From NCBI GenBank assembly GCA_043228905.1, contig JBHGNT010000003.1, forward strand, positions 15,810,001-15,874,000: 64,000 nucleotides of DNA. The letters run 5' to 3'. This document shows, one piece after another, positions 9,288 to 20,544 of the stretch. Under the pieces are notes generated by a model. The model made no database searches. It was not told where the DNA came from and saw only the letters and a program-made list of their open reading frames with translations. Made by a program: the position numbers and the translations under genes. This stretch comes from Azolla caroliniana. Lineage: Eukaryota > Plantae > Polypodiophyta. Position 1 is the stretch's first letter. The number at the start of each line of letters is the position of its first letter.

Positions 9288-11474
9288 TCCACCCCCACCA
9301 AACCCGCACATCCTCCGGTATGTGCCGAGAAAGGTGAAGAGGTGAGATCTTTGGCAACGGTGATCAACCGAGTTCCTCTGCACGCTCGTCGACTTCGTCT
9401 TCCACTTCGAGTATGCGCAATCTTTCCAACCGAACCACCGTAGCCACCCGATCCACCATATCCGGCGCTCACACCTTCTTCCCCGATCGGTTGTAGTAGA
9501 TCTACCGAACGATGTCGTCGATACGACCGCTCTTCCTTCATCCACCGCACGTGTCCTTCGATTGGACTCCTGACCACTCCTCACGCTCACCGTCTTCAAC
9601 TGGGTATTGTAGATCGTTCGTGTCGATCTCCGATTAGGCCGAGTTTGCCCTTGTCCGGATCGGTCTCCACCGATCACTTCTTGGCTTGGTTGGCCTTCGT
9701 CTGCATTCACATTTCGCCGAGTCGGGCTCGACCGATTGATTCTGGCTGGGTCGGCCCCCTTTTGGATCGGAATCGTCCGATCGATTTTCGCCGAATCAGG
9801 TTTCGGCCGGGTCGGTCCCGGTCGATCGGCTCCCATGCGGATCTTCCTTCGTTCGGGTCGGAATCCCGGCCGGATCGTCTTCCGGTTCGACCGGTTCTTG
9901 ACTCTTCCTTCCTTCCCACATGCAACCTCTCCATCGAACTCAACCGCAGCTTCATCCTTGGCCTCCACGTCGGCCATATCCTTCCCTCCGTGTATGCTCG
10001 CCTCGAGCCATATTGTCTCCTCTTCGCCACCTCCTTTATCTTCGGTCTTATGTCGACACACGGTCTCGACTGCCGAAGTCTCCGGAACCAGTGTGAAGGA
10101 ATCCCTTCGTTCATTTACATTTACCTTGTCTTCTTCATCGCCCTTTCCGTCGTCCTCTTTTTTGTCCACACATTCTGTCTCTCCGGTCTCACGTTGGCGC
10201 ACGTGCACAACCGCCGAAGTCTCTAGAATAGGTGTGGGGATATCCTTTCTTCCTCGATCTTCTTCCTCTTTGTGTTGGGCCTTTGTCTTCCCGTCACCAC
10301 CTTCCGTCTCTCCGGTCTCACGTTGGCACATGGGCGCAACCGCCGAAGTCTCTGGAACAAGCGTGAAGAAAGTGTCGTCATGGCTATCCGTCGTCGACTC
10401 ATCCATAGCCACCTCCGACTCGATGTCGTTTGTCATGGCTACCTCCTCAATCTCTTCAGACTCAAACACTTTTTCTCCCTCGATCATGCAAGCTTTTCTC
10501 ATGCTTGCGCCATCATCACCCGATGTTTCGTACACAATGCGTGTTCTGAAACATTTATCCTCCCTCGAAGTGGCGTTCGCCGTCCTCGAGTCATCGGCCT
10601 CCTCCTTGGTCGTCGTTTCTTCGTAAGACAAGAAGGTGACTTGTTTCACGCCTTCTCTCTCGGTACCGTCATACCGAACGAGAGCCTTTGTATCGGCCAC
10701 TTCATTAACCCGCATTTGTTGGGAGGTCTCTTCTTCCTCGATCACCATTCGCCTCGGTTTTGTCTCCCTTTTAAGCTTCATTTCTTTTGTTGGTGGCGCG
10801 TTGTTGCATCTCGTCCCTCTTCGATCGTCCCTCATGGGCCGTCTTGTTGTCGTCAATATTCTCGCTTGCCCCTTATCGTGTAGTCGGCATACACTTTCCA
10901 CTTTGCTCCAATCCTCGATGAGGCCATTTTCACCATCATCTTCTTCGAGTTTGAGGCCGATCGCCATCCTTTCCATTCGATCGATTGACTTCACGAACAT
11001 AAGGACCTTATCGACCCCCACCAATCTTTGTTCCCGCTCCGACAATTGAGAAAAATGATGCTCGAAGTCTACGAATGCTTGTGTCGCACCTTGGTGGGTC
11101 TTCGCTGATGTCACCCATTGGTCGAAGTTGCGTCGATCTTGTCCCTTTAGTCTCTCATAGTCATATTCCTCCAATAGAGCCTTCTCGAAAGTCGCCCACG
11201 AATCATGAGCTTCTAGAAGCTCTTTTACATCTTTGAAGATCGGTTGAGACACCACCCGACAAAAGTACTCTAGCCTCATAGCTTTGTCCACACCTCTTGA
11301 ATCCATCTGCGCATTGTAGACTTTTAGGAAACTTTGGACTTCGGTGCCGTTGAAATAGCTCACTCGCTCGACTACCCTGTCGACGGCTTGTTGGGCTTCA
11401 TTTCTTCTTTTCCCTTCTCTCAGAAACTCCATCATCCTTCTTGACATTGCCTCCATGAGATATTCGCCATCCAT
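9249..11474 (-). CDS. 741-aa Gag-like protein with a long acidic/repetitive then basic C-terminal extension
   Basis: Intact ORF filling the internal region. The N-terminal ~200 aa look like a helical capsid (YFNGTEVQSFL..SWATFEKALLEEY). The ORF reads through the PPT into the 3' LTR. The Gag assignment is by position and motif resemblance. Confidence 0.75.
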   Translation of the reverse strand: MDGEYLMEAMSRRMMEFLREGKRRNEAQQAVDRVVERVSYFNGTEVQSFLKVYNAQMDSRGVDKAMRLEYFCRVVSQPIFKDVKELLEAHDSWATFEKALLEEYDYERLKGQDRRNFDQWVTSAKTHQGATQAFVDFEHHFSQLSEREQRLVGVDKVLMFVKSIDRMERMAIGLKLEEDDGENGLIEDWSKVESVCRLHDKGQARILTTTRRPMRDDRRGTRCNNAPPTKEMKLKRETKPRRMVIEEEETSQQMRVNEVADTKALVRYDGTEREGVKQVTFLSYEETTTKEEADDSRTANATSREDKCFRTRIVYETSGDDGASMRKACMIEGEKVFESEEIEEVAMTNDIESEVAMDESTTDSHDDTFFTLVPETSAVAPMCQRETGETEGGDGKTKAQHKEEEDRGRKDIPTPILETSAVVHVRQRETGETECVDKKEDDGKGDEEDKVNVNERRDSFTLVPETSAVETVCRHKTEDKGGGEEETIWLEASIHGGKDMADVEAKDEAAVEFDGEVACGKEGRVKNRSNRKTIRPGFRPERRKIRMGADRPGPTRPKPDSAKIDRTIPIQKGADPARINRSSPTRRNVNADEGQPSQEVIGGDRSGQGQTRPNRRSTRTIYNTQLKTVSVRSGQESNRRTRAVDEGRAVVSTTSFGRSTTTDRGRRCERRIWWIGWLRWFGWKDCAYSKWKTKSTSVQRNSVDHRCQRSHLFTFLGTYRRMCGFGGGGCRDDFRLRCETE

Positions 11475-11495
11475 CTTCGTCCTCCCCTGCTGCTC

Positions 11496-11513
11496 TTCAC
11501 GTCGGGTTCACCA
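11496..11513 (-). promoter_or_regulatory. Primer binding site complementary to the 3' end of plant cytosolic tRNA-Trp
   Basis: Plus strand TTCACGTCGGGTTCACCA matches the 3' 18 nt of plant tRNA-Trp(CCA) as I recall it. It lies 5 nt from the 5' LTR. Confidence 0.8.
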
Positions 11514-11518
11514 AATGA

Positions 11519-12149
11519 TGTCGCGAAGATTCGCGCGTGCGTGTGCTACTCGAGCGACCACCGGGGTCTTGGACTGGGGAGGACGTTCGCGGAATTATCG
11601 ACGCTAGATGACGATCAATGTAAGATTGGATGAAATTTGTTCACTTGAGAAGAAGAAAGATTGTACACTTGAGAAGTAGAAAAACATGAAGAAGATAAAG
11701 ACAAATATAATTTATATTGATGATAATGGTGTTGGTGATATCACATATTGAGCCCCCCTTACACAAGCCCAATTAGAGGCTTTTATAGGTTTTTCCATGC
11801 TCGTGACATGCACAAAACCATGGGCTAAAACCATGGTTTTGTGCACACGGTTTTGCTTATGTCATGCACAAACCATGGTTTTGTGCACATGGTTTTCTAT
11901 GGTTGTTTCGTCTATAATTTGTATATGAAAAGGAAATACATAAAATCTACACTATATGATAGTTGTCCTAGTGGTAAGGCAATTATCTTGTATCTTAGAG
12001 GTGCAAGGTTCAATCCTTGCTTGCACCCCTCTGTATGAACTCAAGTGCCACTAGGCTAGGTTTATTTGCTAAGTGCATGTGCAATGTTGCACATCCTTGG
12101 TTTATTCATCTCACTCGGTTTCACACCGTAGCCGAAAATCATCACGACA
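11519..12149 (-). repeat. 5' LTR of the gag-only element
   Basis: Adjacent to the PBS; direct repeat of 8657-9287. Confidence 0.96.
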
Positions 12150-12762
12150 GCGTGTAGAGCATGTGGGCATCCGACTCATTGCTCCTTGTATGCACATGGT
12201 TTTCTTCAACCAATAGCATTGATTGGATCTCAAAGAAGGAGGGAGATTTCTCCCTTGCTAGGACGGCGGTTCGCATCGCGCCGAACCGTGGTGCGAGGCT
12301 GCCGAGGCATATTTGCACCATCTCATCATCATCGATACTTACACTTATCGAGCCGAGCGAGTCGCAAAGCTCCTTGATCTTCAAGGTGTATGTCGTGATG
12401 GACATGTCCCTTTGTTGAATGTTGGTCAACTCTTGGCGGAGTTGAAGCCTTCTTGCGGTTGTGTTCGCCACGAAAATCTTTCGTAGATTTTCCCATTCCT
12501 CCTTCGGTGTCTTGGCTTCGCGAATGTAGCCGAGCATGTGATCGTGAACACATGTCGCCAAGCAATACATCACGCGGCTTGCAATTTGCTCCCATGTCAC
12601 ATATCCATGAGCCGCTTCGACGGGTCGGTCTTCGTGCTCTCCTTTGATGTAGCTCCAATAGCCTTGCCCGACAAGGTATTGGTGCATCTTGTACTCCCAA
12701 GATGCGAAGTTGTTTCGATCCAACTTCTTGGTAGGGAGAGTGCTCCCAATTTGAGTATTCAT
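12150..12762 (-). pseudogene. copia gag N-terminal part, truncated by the nested insertion
   Basis: KLDRNNFASWEYKMHQYLVGQGYW..WENLRKIF (UBN2-type copia gag). Confidence 0.9.
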
Positions 12763-12903
12763 TATGTCGATTCTTCTTCTCTCTTCGAATGCGAGCTATG
12801 TAGCGAAGCTACGATAGCGATGAGCCGGTTCTTTTTGAATGTCGGCGTAGAGCTCAACACACGTAGATGGGCTAGATGGAGCTACCAAACCACTCTGATA
12901 CCA

Positions 12904-13300
12904 TGTAAAGAATCGTGTATAATTCTTGTGAAGCGGAAGAGATGTGAGTTATGTGTGTGTATGAGAGAGAGAGAGTGCGAGTGAGTGAGAGAGACAAGGA
13001 GTAAGACACAGAGAATACGCAAGGTAAAAATATATTAACAAAGGAGAAAGACTCAACATTGTACAAGGTGGGAGGAGGATGTTTTATATAGTCACCCTCT
13101 CTCTTCATTAACTACAAGACTCATGGAGCATGGGGAATGTAAAAGCTCATAAGTTATGTGTCATAGAATATGATTCTATGACTCATACTAAATGTTAGAA
13201 TACAAAGTGGTGACATAATGGTGACTCTTGGCCGTTAGAGTGTTTATTCACTCTCAAGGTGAGTTCACACACTAGACCAAGTTGAGCTTGATTCTCAACA
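12904..13300 (-). repeat. 5' LTR of the copia element
   Basis: Adjacent to the iMet PBS; direct repeat of 4287-4679. Confidence 0.95.
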
Positions 13301-13995
13301 CCCGTTGCTAAAACATGACGCTTTAGAGCTAATCCTAAAGGCAATCCTCCAATCAAAACTCTCCAAATGAAGATCTTTGCTACAAGTGGCAATTTAGAAT
13401 GCCAACTACGTTGTAAGATCAACCACCACCCATGATCAAATTTGTGTATTCTCCATTCTTCTTCAGCCTTAGATGATAACTATCCAAGAGACTCAATAGA
13501 GCAATGATACAAAATATTAGTAATCACTTGTAACAGAGACGTTTGACCCTTTAAACACCAATCAACCCATAGTTGTTCTCCTGTTTGTAGAGGTAAGGGA
13601 CCTTGCATCAATGGAATATTTTGTAGTTGTTGTCAAATAAACCCACAATTAGGTGGAATGCGTAATAATTGTCGCGCTTCAACAAACTCCAAAATTCTTT
13701 GAGATGAAGCCTCAACTATATCTCCCACCTCTTTGACCCCCAAACGAAACAAATGATTAAATTGAGAGCGCAATCTCTCCTTTCCTGGCCAACATAATAA
13801 CCAAGAAGACACAAGCAACTCTTTTTGCAAAGAATTACAATGCTCTCTACTAGATGATGGTTTCCATACACATAACAAAGAGTGCTTCTTGCCATGAAGT
13901 AACCAAGTGTTGAACACATGTAGAGCCCGGAATACTAAGTGGGTTTAACACATGGGAGGACAACGATTAAAGCGTCATGGTGGCAATTACTGAAT

Positions 13996-14049
<54 letters not shown>

Positions 14050-14618
14050 AGCGCGTGCGCGCACTCTCTTGAGCGCAATGTGCACTGTCGATCGCAACAC
14101 TCATCAATAAATTCCTTTGAACACCCACACTCATAGACTGCCACCTGGGAAATGCTTCAACTCTCGGGGTAACACCAACACTCAGACTCTCACATGGGAA
14201 ACACTTCAACCATGATAAGGAAACCTCTGTCTCTATCTCTCTCTCAATTGACTAGGTAGAATGTAAGGGTTGAACCCATGACCTCTCTCTCTCTACCTTT
14301 TGAAGAAAGGAAGGAAGGTAGAGAAGGTGTCCCGAGAAGAAGGGAGAAAAAGGAAGAGAGAGAGAGATCCATCCATATACATACATACATATGAATCATG
14401 ATTATATCTAATATCTATCTATCTATCTATCTATCTATCCGTCTGTCTGTCATGATGAATGCATGCCTCCTCTTCCTCCTCCTCCTCCTACTTATGACAT
14501 AAAAATGCTTCTCTCTCCTCTCTACTTCTAAAGCAAAGGCATTCAGAACGCTCCTTGCTTCCTCCTCCCTCCCTCCCTTTGCTGTATAGTGTCATCGATT
14601 CACATCAATTCTAACTCT

Positions 14619-17600
14619 ATGGAGGCCTCATCCCCTCTGACGCTTCAGAGATGGTCTGGGAATCTCTCATTCTGTGGCCTGCACCGGCACTCCGTAGCTG
14701 TAACGCTCCCAAGATCAACCGTCGTCTCTGACCCTGCACCCCATGGTTTCACGCTTCCGTCTTTGTCTGTAGGATCAAAAAGAAATGGAACTGGAAAACA
14801 GAGCTCTCTGTGTAGAGTCTTGGCTTCTTCTTCATCTTCATCGTCTTCTAGTAATTACAATGGTACACCTCAATCCTTTGATTATGACGTCATCATCATT
14901 GGAGCTGGAGTAGGTGGCCATGGTGCTGCCCTCCATGCTGTCGAAAAGGTTGGTGTTTTTCTTCAGTGGAAAATTTTAAAAGGTGGTTTTTTTGTAGTGG
15001 GAAAATTTGAGAGTTACCTTTGCTTTACGACGTTGTTTTTGGGTAATTTGTTTCTTCATGAATTTGTTTTAAAATGTAGCTTTCCTTCATGACCTCCTCT
15101 AGAAGTTCTAGAAGATAGTTTTAATTTTTCTGCATGATCTGTAGATTACTGGATCTCAAAGTTGATTCTATGAGGGTATACTGATTTCATGAGATTATAA
15201 AGCATAACACTGATTTATATGTGAAAATTTGAGCAAAAGGCAAGTTCATTTGATGAGATTATAATGCATTACATATGGAGCTTCATCAAAGGGTATGTGA
15301 ATTTTGATGACGTTGCACTTCTAATGTACATGGATTTTATCAGTTTATACTGCATTTTGTATGGAAATTTGACACAAGAGTCTAAGGTTTTTTGAAAATT
15401 TTACAGCTTCTGTGTGAAATTTTGATAAAGTGTTTTTTAAAGACCCAACTTCAATTTTTATATTCGCTTGAGCGATTAGAAAATGAGTTTAGTTTTATTG
15501 TATCATTTGTCTATTATCAGATCCCAAAGTTGGGGTATGAGATTATATGCTGCATAGTTTGGTATCAATGAATTTTCTGGATCTCAACGCAAGACATGTT
15601 GATTTGATCGCATTAAACTGCTTATGTAGGAAACGCAATTTTGACAAAAGACATGTGGTACTATATGTTTTTTGCGTGAAAAATTGATGAAAGACGTGGA
15701 TTTGATAAGAATATAAGGTTTTGTGCATGCAAATTTGACAAAAGGCATATGGACTTGATGAGACTATAAGTTTGTACAGCTCTCTTCTCAGATCTGTAGT
15801 CATTTTTTGCAGGGATTAAAAACTGCTGTGATCGAAGGTGACATTGTGGGAGGTACATGTGTTAACAGAGGTTGTGTGCCTTCCAAGGCTTTGTTAGCTG
15901 TTAGTGGGCGAATGCGGGAGCTTCAAGATGAGCATCATCTCAAGGCCCTTGGTATAAAGGTACTACACTTATAGAATCTGCAATATTCACAAAATTTTCT
16001 TATAATTGTTGAGAATCTGGCGTTGTTGATTTACCTGATGTACATATGTGCATTTGGATATCACATCTAAATACAAGAAGTTTTACACTTATTTTCCTCA
16101 TCTGCCTTACAAAAGCGCAAAATCAATTTTGTGTAAATGTTGTAAGACTTTGCATGTGCGTTATGAGATTTGACATGCATAAGAATGAATAGTTTCAATA
16201 TTAGCAAAGGTATGCATTTGCATGGGCATTGTAAGACCAACATGTATTAGAACTGAGAGTTTCTATGTCTCCTTTGTTAGGATAGGGTGCCTAGTTTGGG
16301 TAAGCAGGCATTACATGCTTTAAAATCAAGAACATTCTACATATAAATTTGTTAAAATAGAATATCCTTTTTTGGCTCTATGTGTCTCCACTAGATTTGA
16401 AATCAAGAGTATCCTATGTTTTTATTAGGATAATCTTCCTAGATTAGCTATCCTTTATACGGTGCTTGCTTATTTTTTCTGCTCTTTTGCTTGGATCTAC
16501 GGTTTTAATTATCACACCCTTTTTTGGTGCTTGCATATTTTTTCTTCTCATGTGCTTTAATATATCTTGCGACAGTTTTTCAATTTAGAGGGATTGAAAC
16601 ATTGGTGAAGACCACACACATCTCATTAGAATTGTAGGGTGATATTTGTTCAAGGAAGTCTGCAATGGCTAGTAATTAATTGCTTGTTTAAATAAATTGT
16701 GTGAATGTGGGTGATTTTTGTTTTCATAAAATTCTTAGGTGTTTGAATGAATGATGCTTTGAATCAATAATAAAATAATTGATTAAATGAACCATTAATT
16801 AATAAAGGCCAAGTTTGACACACTATTTTATGTAGGTGGAAAACCCAGGGTATGACAGGCAAGCAGTAGCAGATCATGCTAATAACCTTGCAGCACGTAT
16901 AAGAGGAAACCTCACGAACTCATTAAAGGCTTTGGGCGTGGACATTTTGACTGGTGTCGGGACTATTGTAGTGAGTTTTTGGCGATTCTTGAAAAATACA
17001 CGTTTCATTTTGACATATTATAATGGTGGAAATGTTGTGCTACTATTAAGTTTGAACTACTAGGCAAAACATTTACCATTCTTTATACTTTGGTTTCATA
17101 GGGACCTCAAAAGGTGAAATATGGAAAGATTGGTTTTGCTGACAAGACTGTGATGGCACGGGATATCATCATTGCAACAGGATCAGTGCCTTTTGTACCC
17201 CCCGGGATTGAGATTGATGGTGTGTATCTTTTTTCGATTGGATGCTGTGTTCAAATATCATTTGAATTAAAACCTTTCTTTATTTTAAATTTCGTTTAGG
17301 GAAAACTGTGTTCACAAGTGATCATGCTCTAAAGTTAGAGTGGATACCTGATTGGATCGCCATTGTGGGCAGTGGATATATTGGCCTAGAGTTTAGCGAT
17401 GTTTATACTGCCCTTGGAAGCGAGGTAAAACTTTTCTTACCCTCTATTTTCATCAGACAATATTTTTAATGTCCTGTAGGATCACCCCCTAAATTTAAGA
17501 AGAAAAGTATGAAGATACCATCTATCATAATAAAGTACATTGAAAACTCATGGATGAAAAGTTTTATGGTTGGATTTTATTTATGGACAGGTTACATTTA

Positions 17601-20544
17601 TAGAAGCTTTAGACACTTTGATGCCTGGTTTTGACCCAGAGATAACGAAACTTGCTCAACGAGTTTTGATCAATCCTCGGAAAATAGATTACCACACTGG
17701 AGTCCTTGCAAAGAAGGTTGAATATTTTTATATCTTAAGTTTTATTTAGTATTGTATTGTGAGATTTGTCACAGTACATACAATGTTCATAAGCACTGCA
17801 CATTATATATGTAATATTCTAATCAAATGTACTAGTGCAGATTACTCCAGCAAAGGATGGGAGACCCGTGCTAATTGAGTTGGTTGATACAAAGACCAAG
17901 GAACCAAAAGAGACATTGGAGGTAATATTGATAACTGGTATATCTTTTATATTGGTTTTTATGTAATGAACACCATCTCAGATATAACTAGTTGAAGGCA
18001 TTTACATTCTCTTGGGCATGTACAGTAGAGTTGTCCGGCAAAAATTCATAATTGGGGAAACTATTGTAGTGCATTATTTTTAAGGGCTTTTAACCAAGTT
18101 TCAATATGTAGATAAAATAACAGTTTGCTTTACTTCATTAATCATTCAGAGACAACTTGGTTTTTTTCAGGTTGATGCTGCACTTATAGCGACTGGACGG
18201 TCACCCTTCACTAAAGGATTGGGTTTAGAAAATGTATGTTTTGTGGATTATACTAATATTTCATTTGGGTTTTCACTTTTGTACGATGAGGATAAGAATG
18301 GGTGCTTTAAAGAATTCACTCTCATCTAGCAAAGGCTGGTGCTTGATTTTGTTGGTAAATGTTGTCATTCAGCGAGTGTGGATTATACTAATATTTTATT
18401 TGGGTTTTCACTTTTGTATGATGAGGATAAGAATTAGATGCTTTAATGAATTCACTCTCATCTAGCAAAGGCTGGTGCTTGATTTTGTAGGTAAATGTTG
18501 TCACTCAACGAGGATTTGTCCCAGTAGATGATTGTATGCGAGTACTCGATGAACATGGTACCCTGGTAATATAAATATTTTTCTCTCATTTTACTTTTTA
18601 TTTGCATTCATGTAGGAACATAATTCTGTATATAATTATGTTTGCACGTAAATGCATTGGCTTGTGTAGAGTTTTAGAAGAAATCGGAGATTCTTATCAG
18701 GAATTTCTTTTCTCTTTTTTGTACATATCCAGTCTTTGATGAGAATTTCTTCTCTTTTTCTACATATCCAGTCTTAAGTTCTCAATGAATGAGCTTCAAG
18801 CAGTATGTGTTTCTTCAGGATTTATTTAAACAGTAGAAACTATATATATATATGCATTTTTGTGAGTTTTCATTGAGAGTTGTTTCTTACACTTTTTGAA
18901 TATCCAATTTTTTTGGTGTATGTTTTCATTGAGAAATATTTCTCACATTTCATAAATCCACTATTATTAAATTGATGTGTGAATGATGAAAAAATAGGCC
19001 TCTTGTGATTTTATAAGTTTACTCAGTCTTCTGGCCTTGTTTTAGGATGATTGTATAAGTTAACCGAGTTTTCTTATATCCAGGTTCCAAATCTGTATTG
19101 CATTGGTGATGCAAATGGTAAGATGATGCTAGCTCATGCTGCCAGTGCACAGGGAATATCAGGTGGGTAACCAGCTATATTTGAGTTTTTTTATCTGCAT
19201 TATGATATTGTCATCGTTGTGTCTATATGTAATAACAGTGTTTTGGGTTATCTACTATTCGTAATTTACTATACAGTTATTGAACAAATTTCTGGCACCA
19301 ACAATGTCCTTAACCACCTTAGTGTACCAGCCGCTTGCTTCACACACCCAGAGATTAGTATGGTTGGACTAACAGAGGTATGCAATGCACGATGCACATA
19401 CATATTCGTATCATACATTCATTCGTTCACACATATTTGTAGAAATACATTCACACTGTTGGATACATGCATATACATGTACATAGTTACATATGGATAC
19501 GACTAAATACATTCACACAGTTGGACACATACATACACACTTCCATAGTTCCGTATGGATACGATATACACACATATAAAATTTGATACAACATTCAAAC
19601 GGACATATTGAATTCCTCTCAGCCTCAAGCAAGGACTAAGGGAGCGGATGAAGGCTTTGAAGTTAGCATTGCGAAGACGAGCTTCAAAGCTAACACCAAG
19701 GCATTAGCTGAGAATGAAGTTGAAGGTCTTGCAAAGGTCAGTACACTAGTTTTCTAAATAAACTAGATACTCAACTGGTTCATTAAAATTTTCTGTGATT
19801 TGTTGAAGTTGCATAGCTCCACTTGTATGTATGTTAAGACTTAAAGTAAAGAAAGGTAGATTTGGTTAACCTTTGAATCATTCTTAGCATCAGCCATCAT
19901 TGGGGAATGTTTTCGAAGGGTTTAATTTTATAAACTGAATGCTAGATCGTATCTTTTGCACTAGTTAATATTTGCATAGCTTGGACATATTTGCCAAGTA
20001 AGTAGTTTGTAATCAACGTATATTAAATACATAATACAAAGTTGATTCTTTTGTCTACAGCTAATTTATCGCGCTGATACCGGAGAGATCTTAGGAGTCC
20101 ATATCTTTGGGCTACATGCAGCTGATTTGATTCATGAAGCTTCAAATGCAATTGCCTTGGGAACCACCATTCAAGTACTGTTGACTCTAAATAATACTAC
20201 CACATTCTTGTTTTTTTCTTCATCTTTTGTCATATTTGTTTTCTTCACTGCTACCAATAGTAGGCATAAAAAACATTCATACCTTCCTCACAATAGGGTT
20301 TTTATTATGTGTTATTTTTATAGAATATAAAGTTTGCTGTTCATGCACACCCAACCTTGTCAGAAGTATTGGATGAGCTATTCAAGTCTGCAAAGGTTTT
20401 TTTTCAACCCGCAAAAAGAAGCAAGTTTTTAGAAAGTCCTTAACATGAGAGCTTGACAAAATAACATTGGGTTGGTTTATTATGTAGGTCGGAGAACATG
20501 CGGCTACTCCTGTGAAAACTGAGGCTGCCGTTTCAGCTGTTTAG
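14619..20544 (+). CDS. LPD: Plastid dihydrolipoamide dehydrogenase (E3), 15 exons, about 578 aa
   Basis: GT-AG exons: 14619-14948, 15813-15959, 16836-16970, 17102-17219, 17300-17424, 17591-17716, 17841-17921, 18171-18233, 18491-18565, 19084-19162, 19277-19377, 19623-19736, 20061-20174, 20324-20395, 20488-20544; the frame is preserved. Ser-rich transit peptide, GAGVGG FAD motif, [13 protein letters not shown] redox disulfide, [16 protein letters not shown]. Confidence 0.96.

Larger units (their letters stand above)
8657..12149 (-). mobile_element. Young non-autonomous gag-only LTR retroelement (TR-GAG-like) nested in the copia gag
   Basis: 631-bp TG..CA LTRs (8657-9287, 11519-12149) with only two differences seen. 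4-bp TSD GCGT (8653-8656, 12150-12153); removing one copy restores host frame MLYTHSNG. PPT TGGTGGGGGTGGA. No PR/RT/INT motifs. Confidence 0.93.
4287..13300 (-). mobile_element. Full-length but decayed Ty1/copia LTR retrotransposon
   Basis: TG..CA LTRs at 4287-4679 and 12904-13300. TSD CCCAT/CCCGT. PBS TGGTATCAGAG (tRNA-iMet) at 12893-12903 and PPT at 4680-4696. Domain order gag-PR-INT-RT-RH. Confidence 0.96.
3569..13920 (-). mobile_element. 5'-truncated L1-type LINE (zf-RVT region plus 3' UTR), split by the copia at 4287-13300
   Basis: Removing the copia restores WHSKLPLVAKIFIWRVLIGGLPLGLALKRHVLATG|NCFSCTVQIEDNTHQFIQCPIACLIW, the zf-RVT motif. The 3' UTR is present twice (3569-3768 and 3787-3993). 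Confidence 0.8.

Noticed and set aside
9736-10626. 296-aa plus-strand ORF and other overlapping ORFs antisense to the 741-aa ORF
   Set aside because: Ser-rich mirror of a Glu/Arg-rich frame, with a non-ATG start and no motifs; expected as a shadow ORF.
13998-14048. (CT)n/(GA)n microsatellites here and at about 2672, 3089, 28662, 30205 and 35416, and the SLSLSL/ERERER ORFs over them
   Set aside because: Ordinary simple repeats; the ORFs are artefacts.
18700-19570. Short tandem duplications in LPD introns 9 and 11
   Set aside because: Typical intronic slippage duplications that do not affect splice sites.
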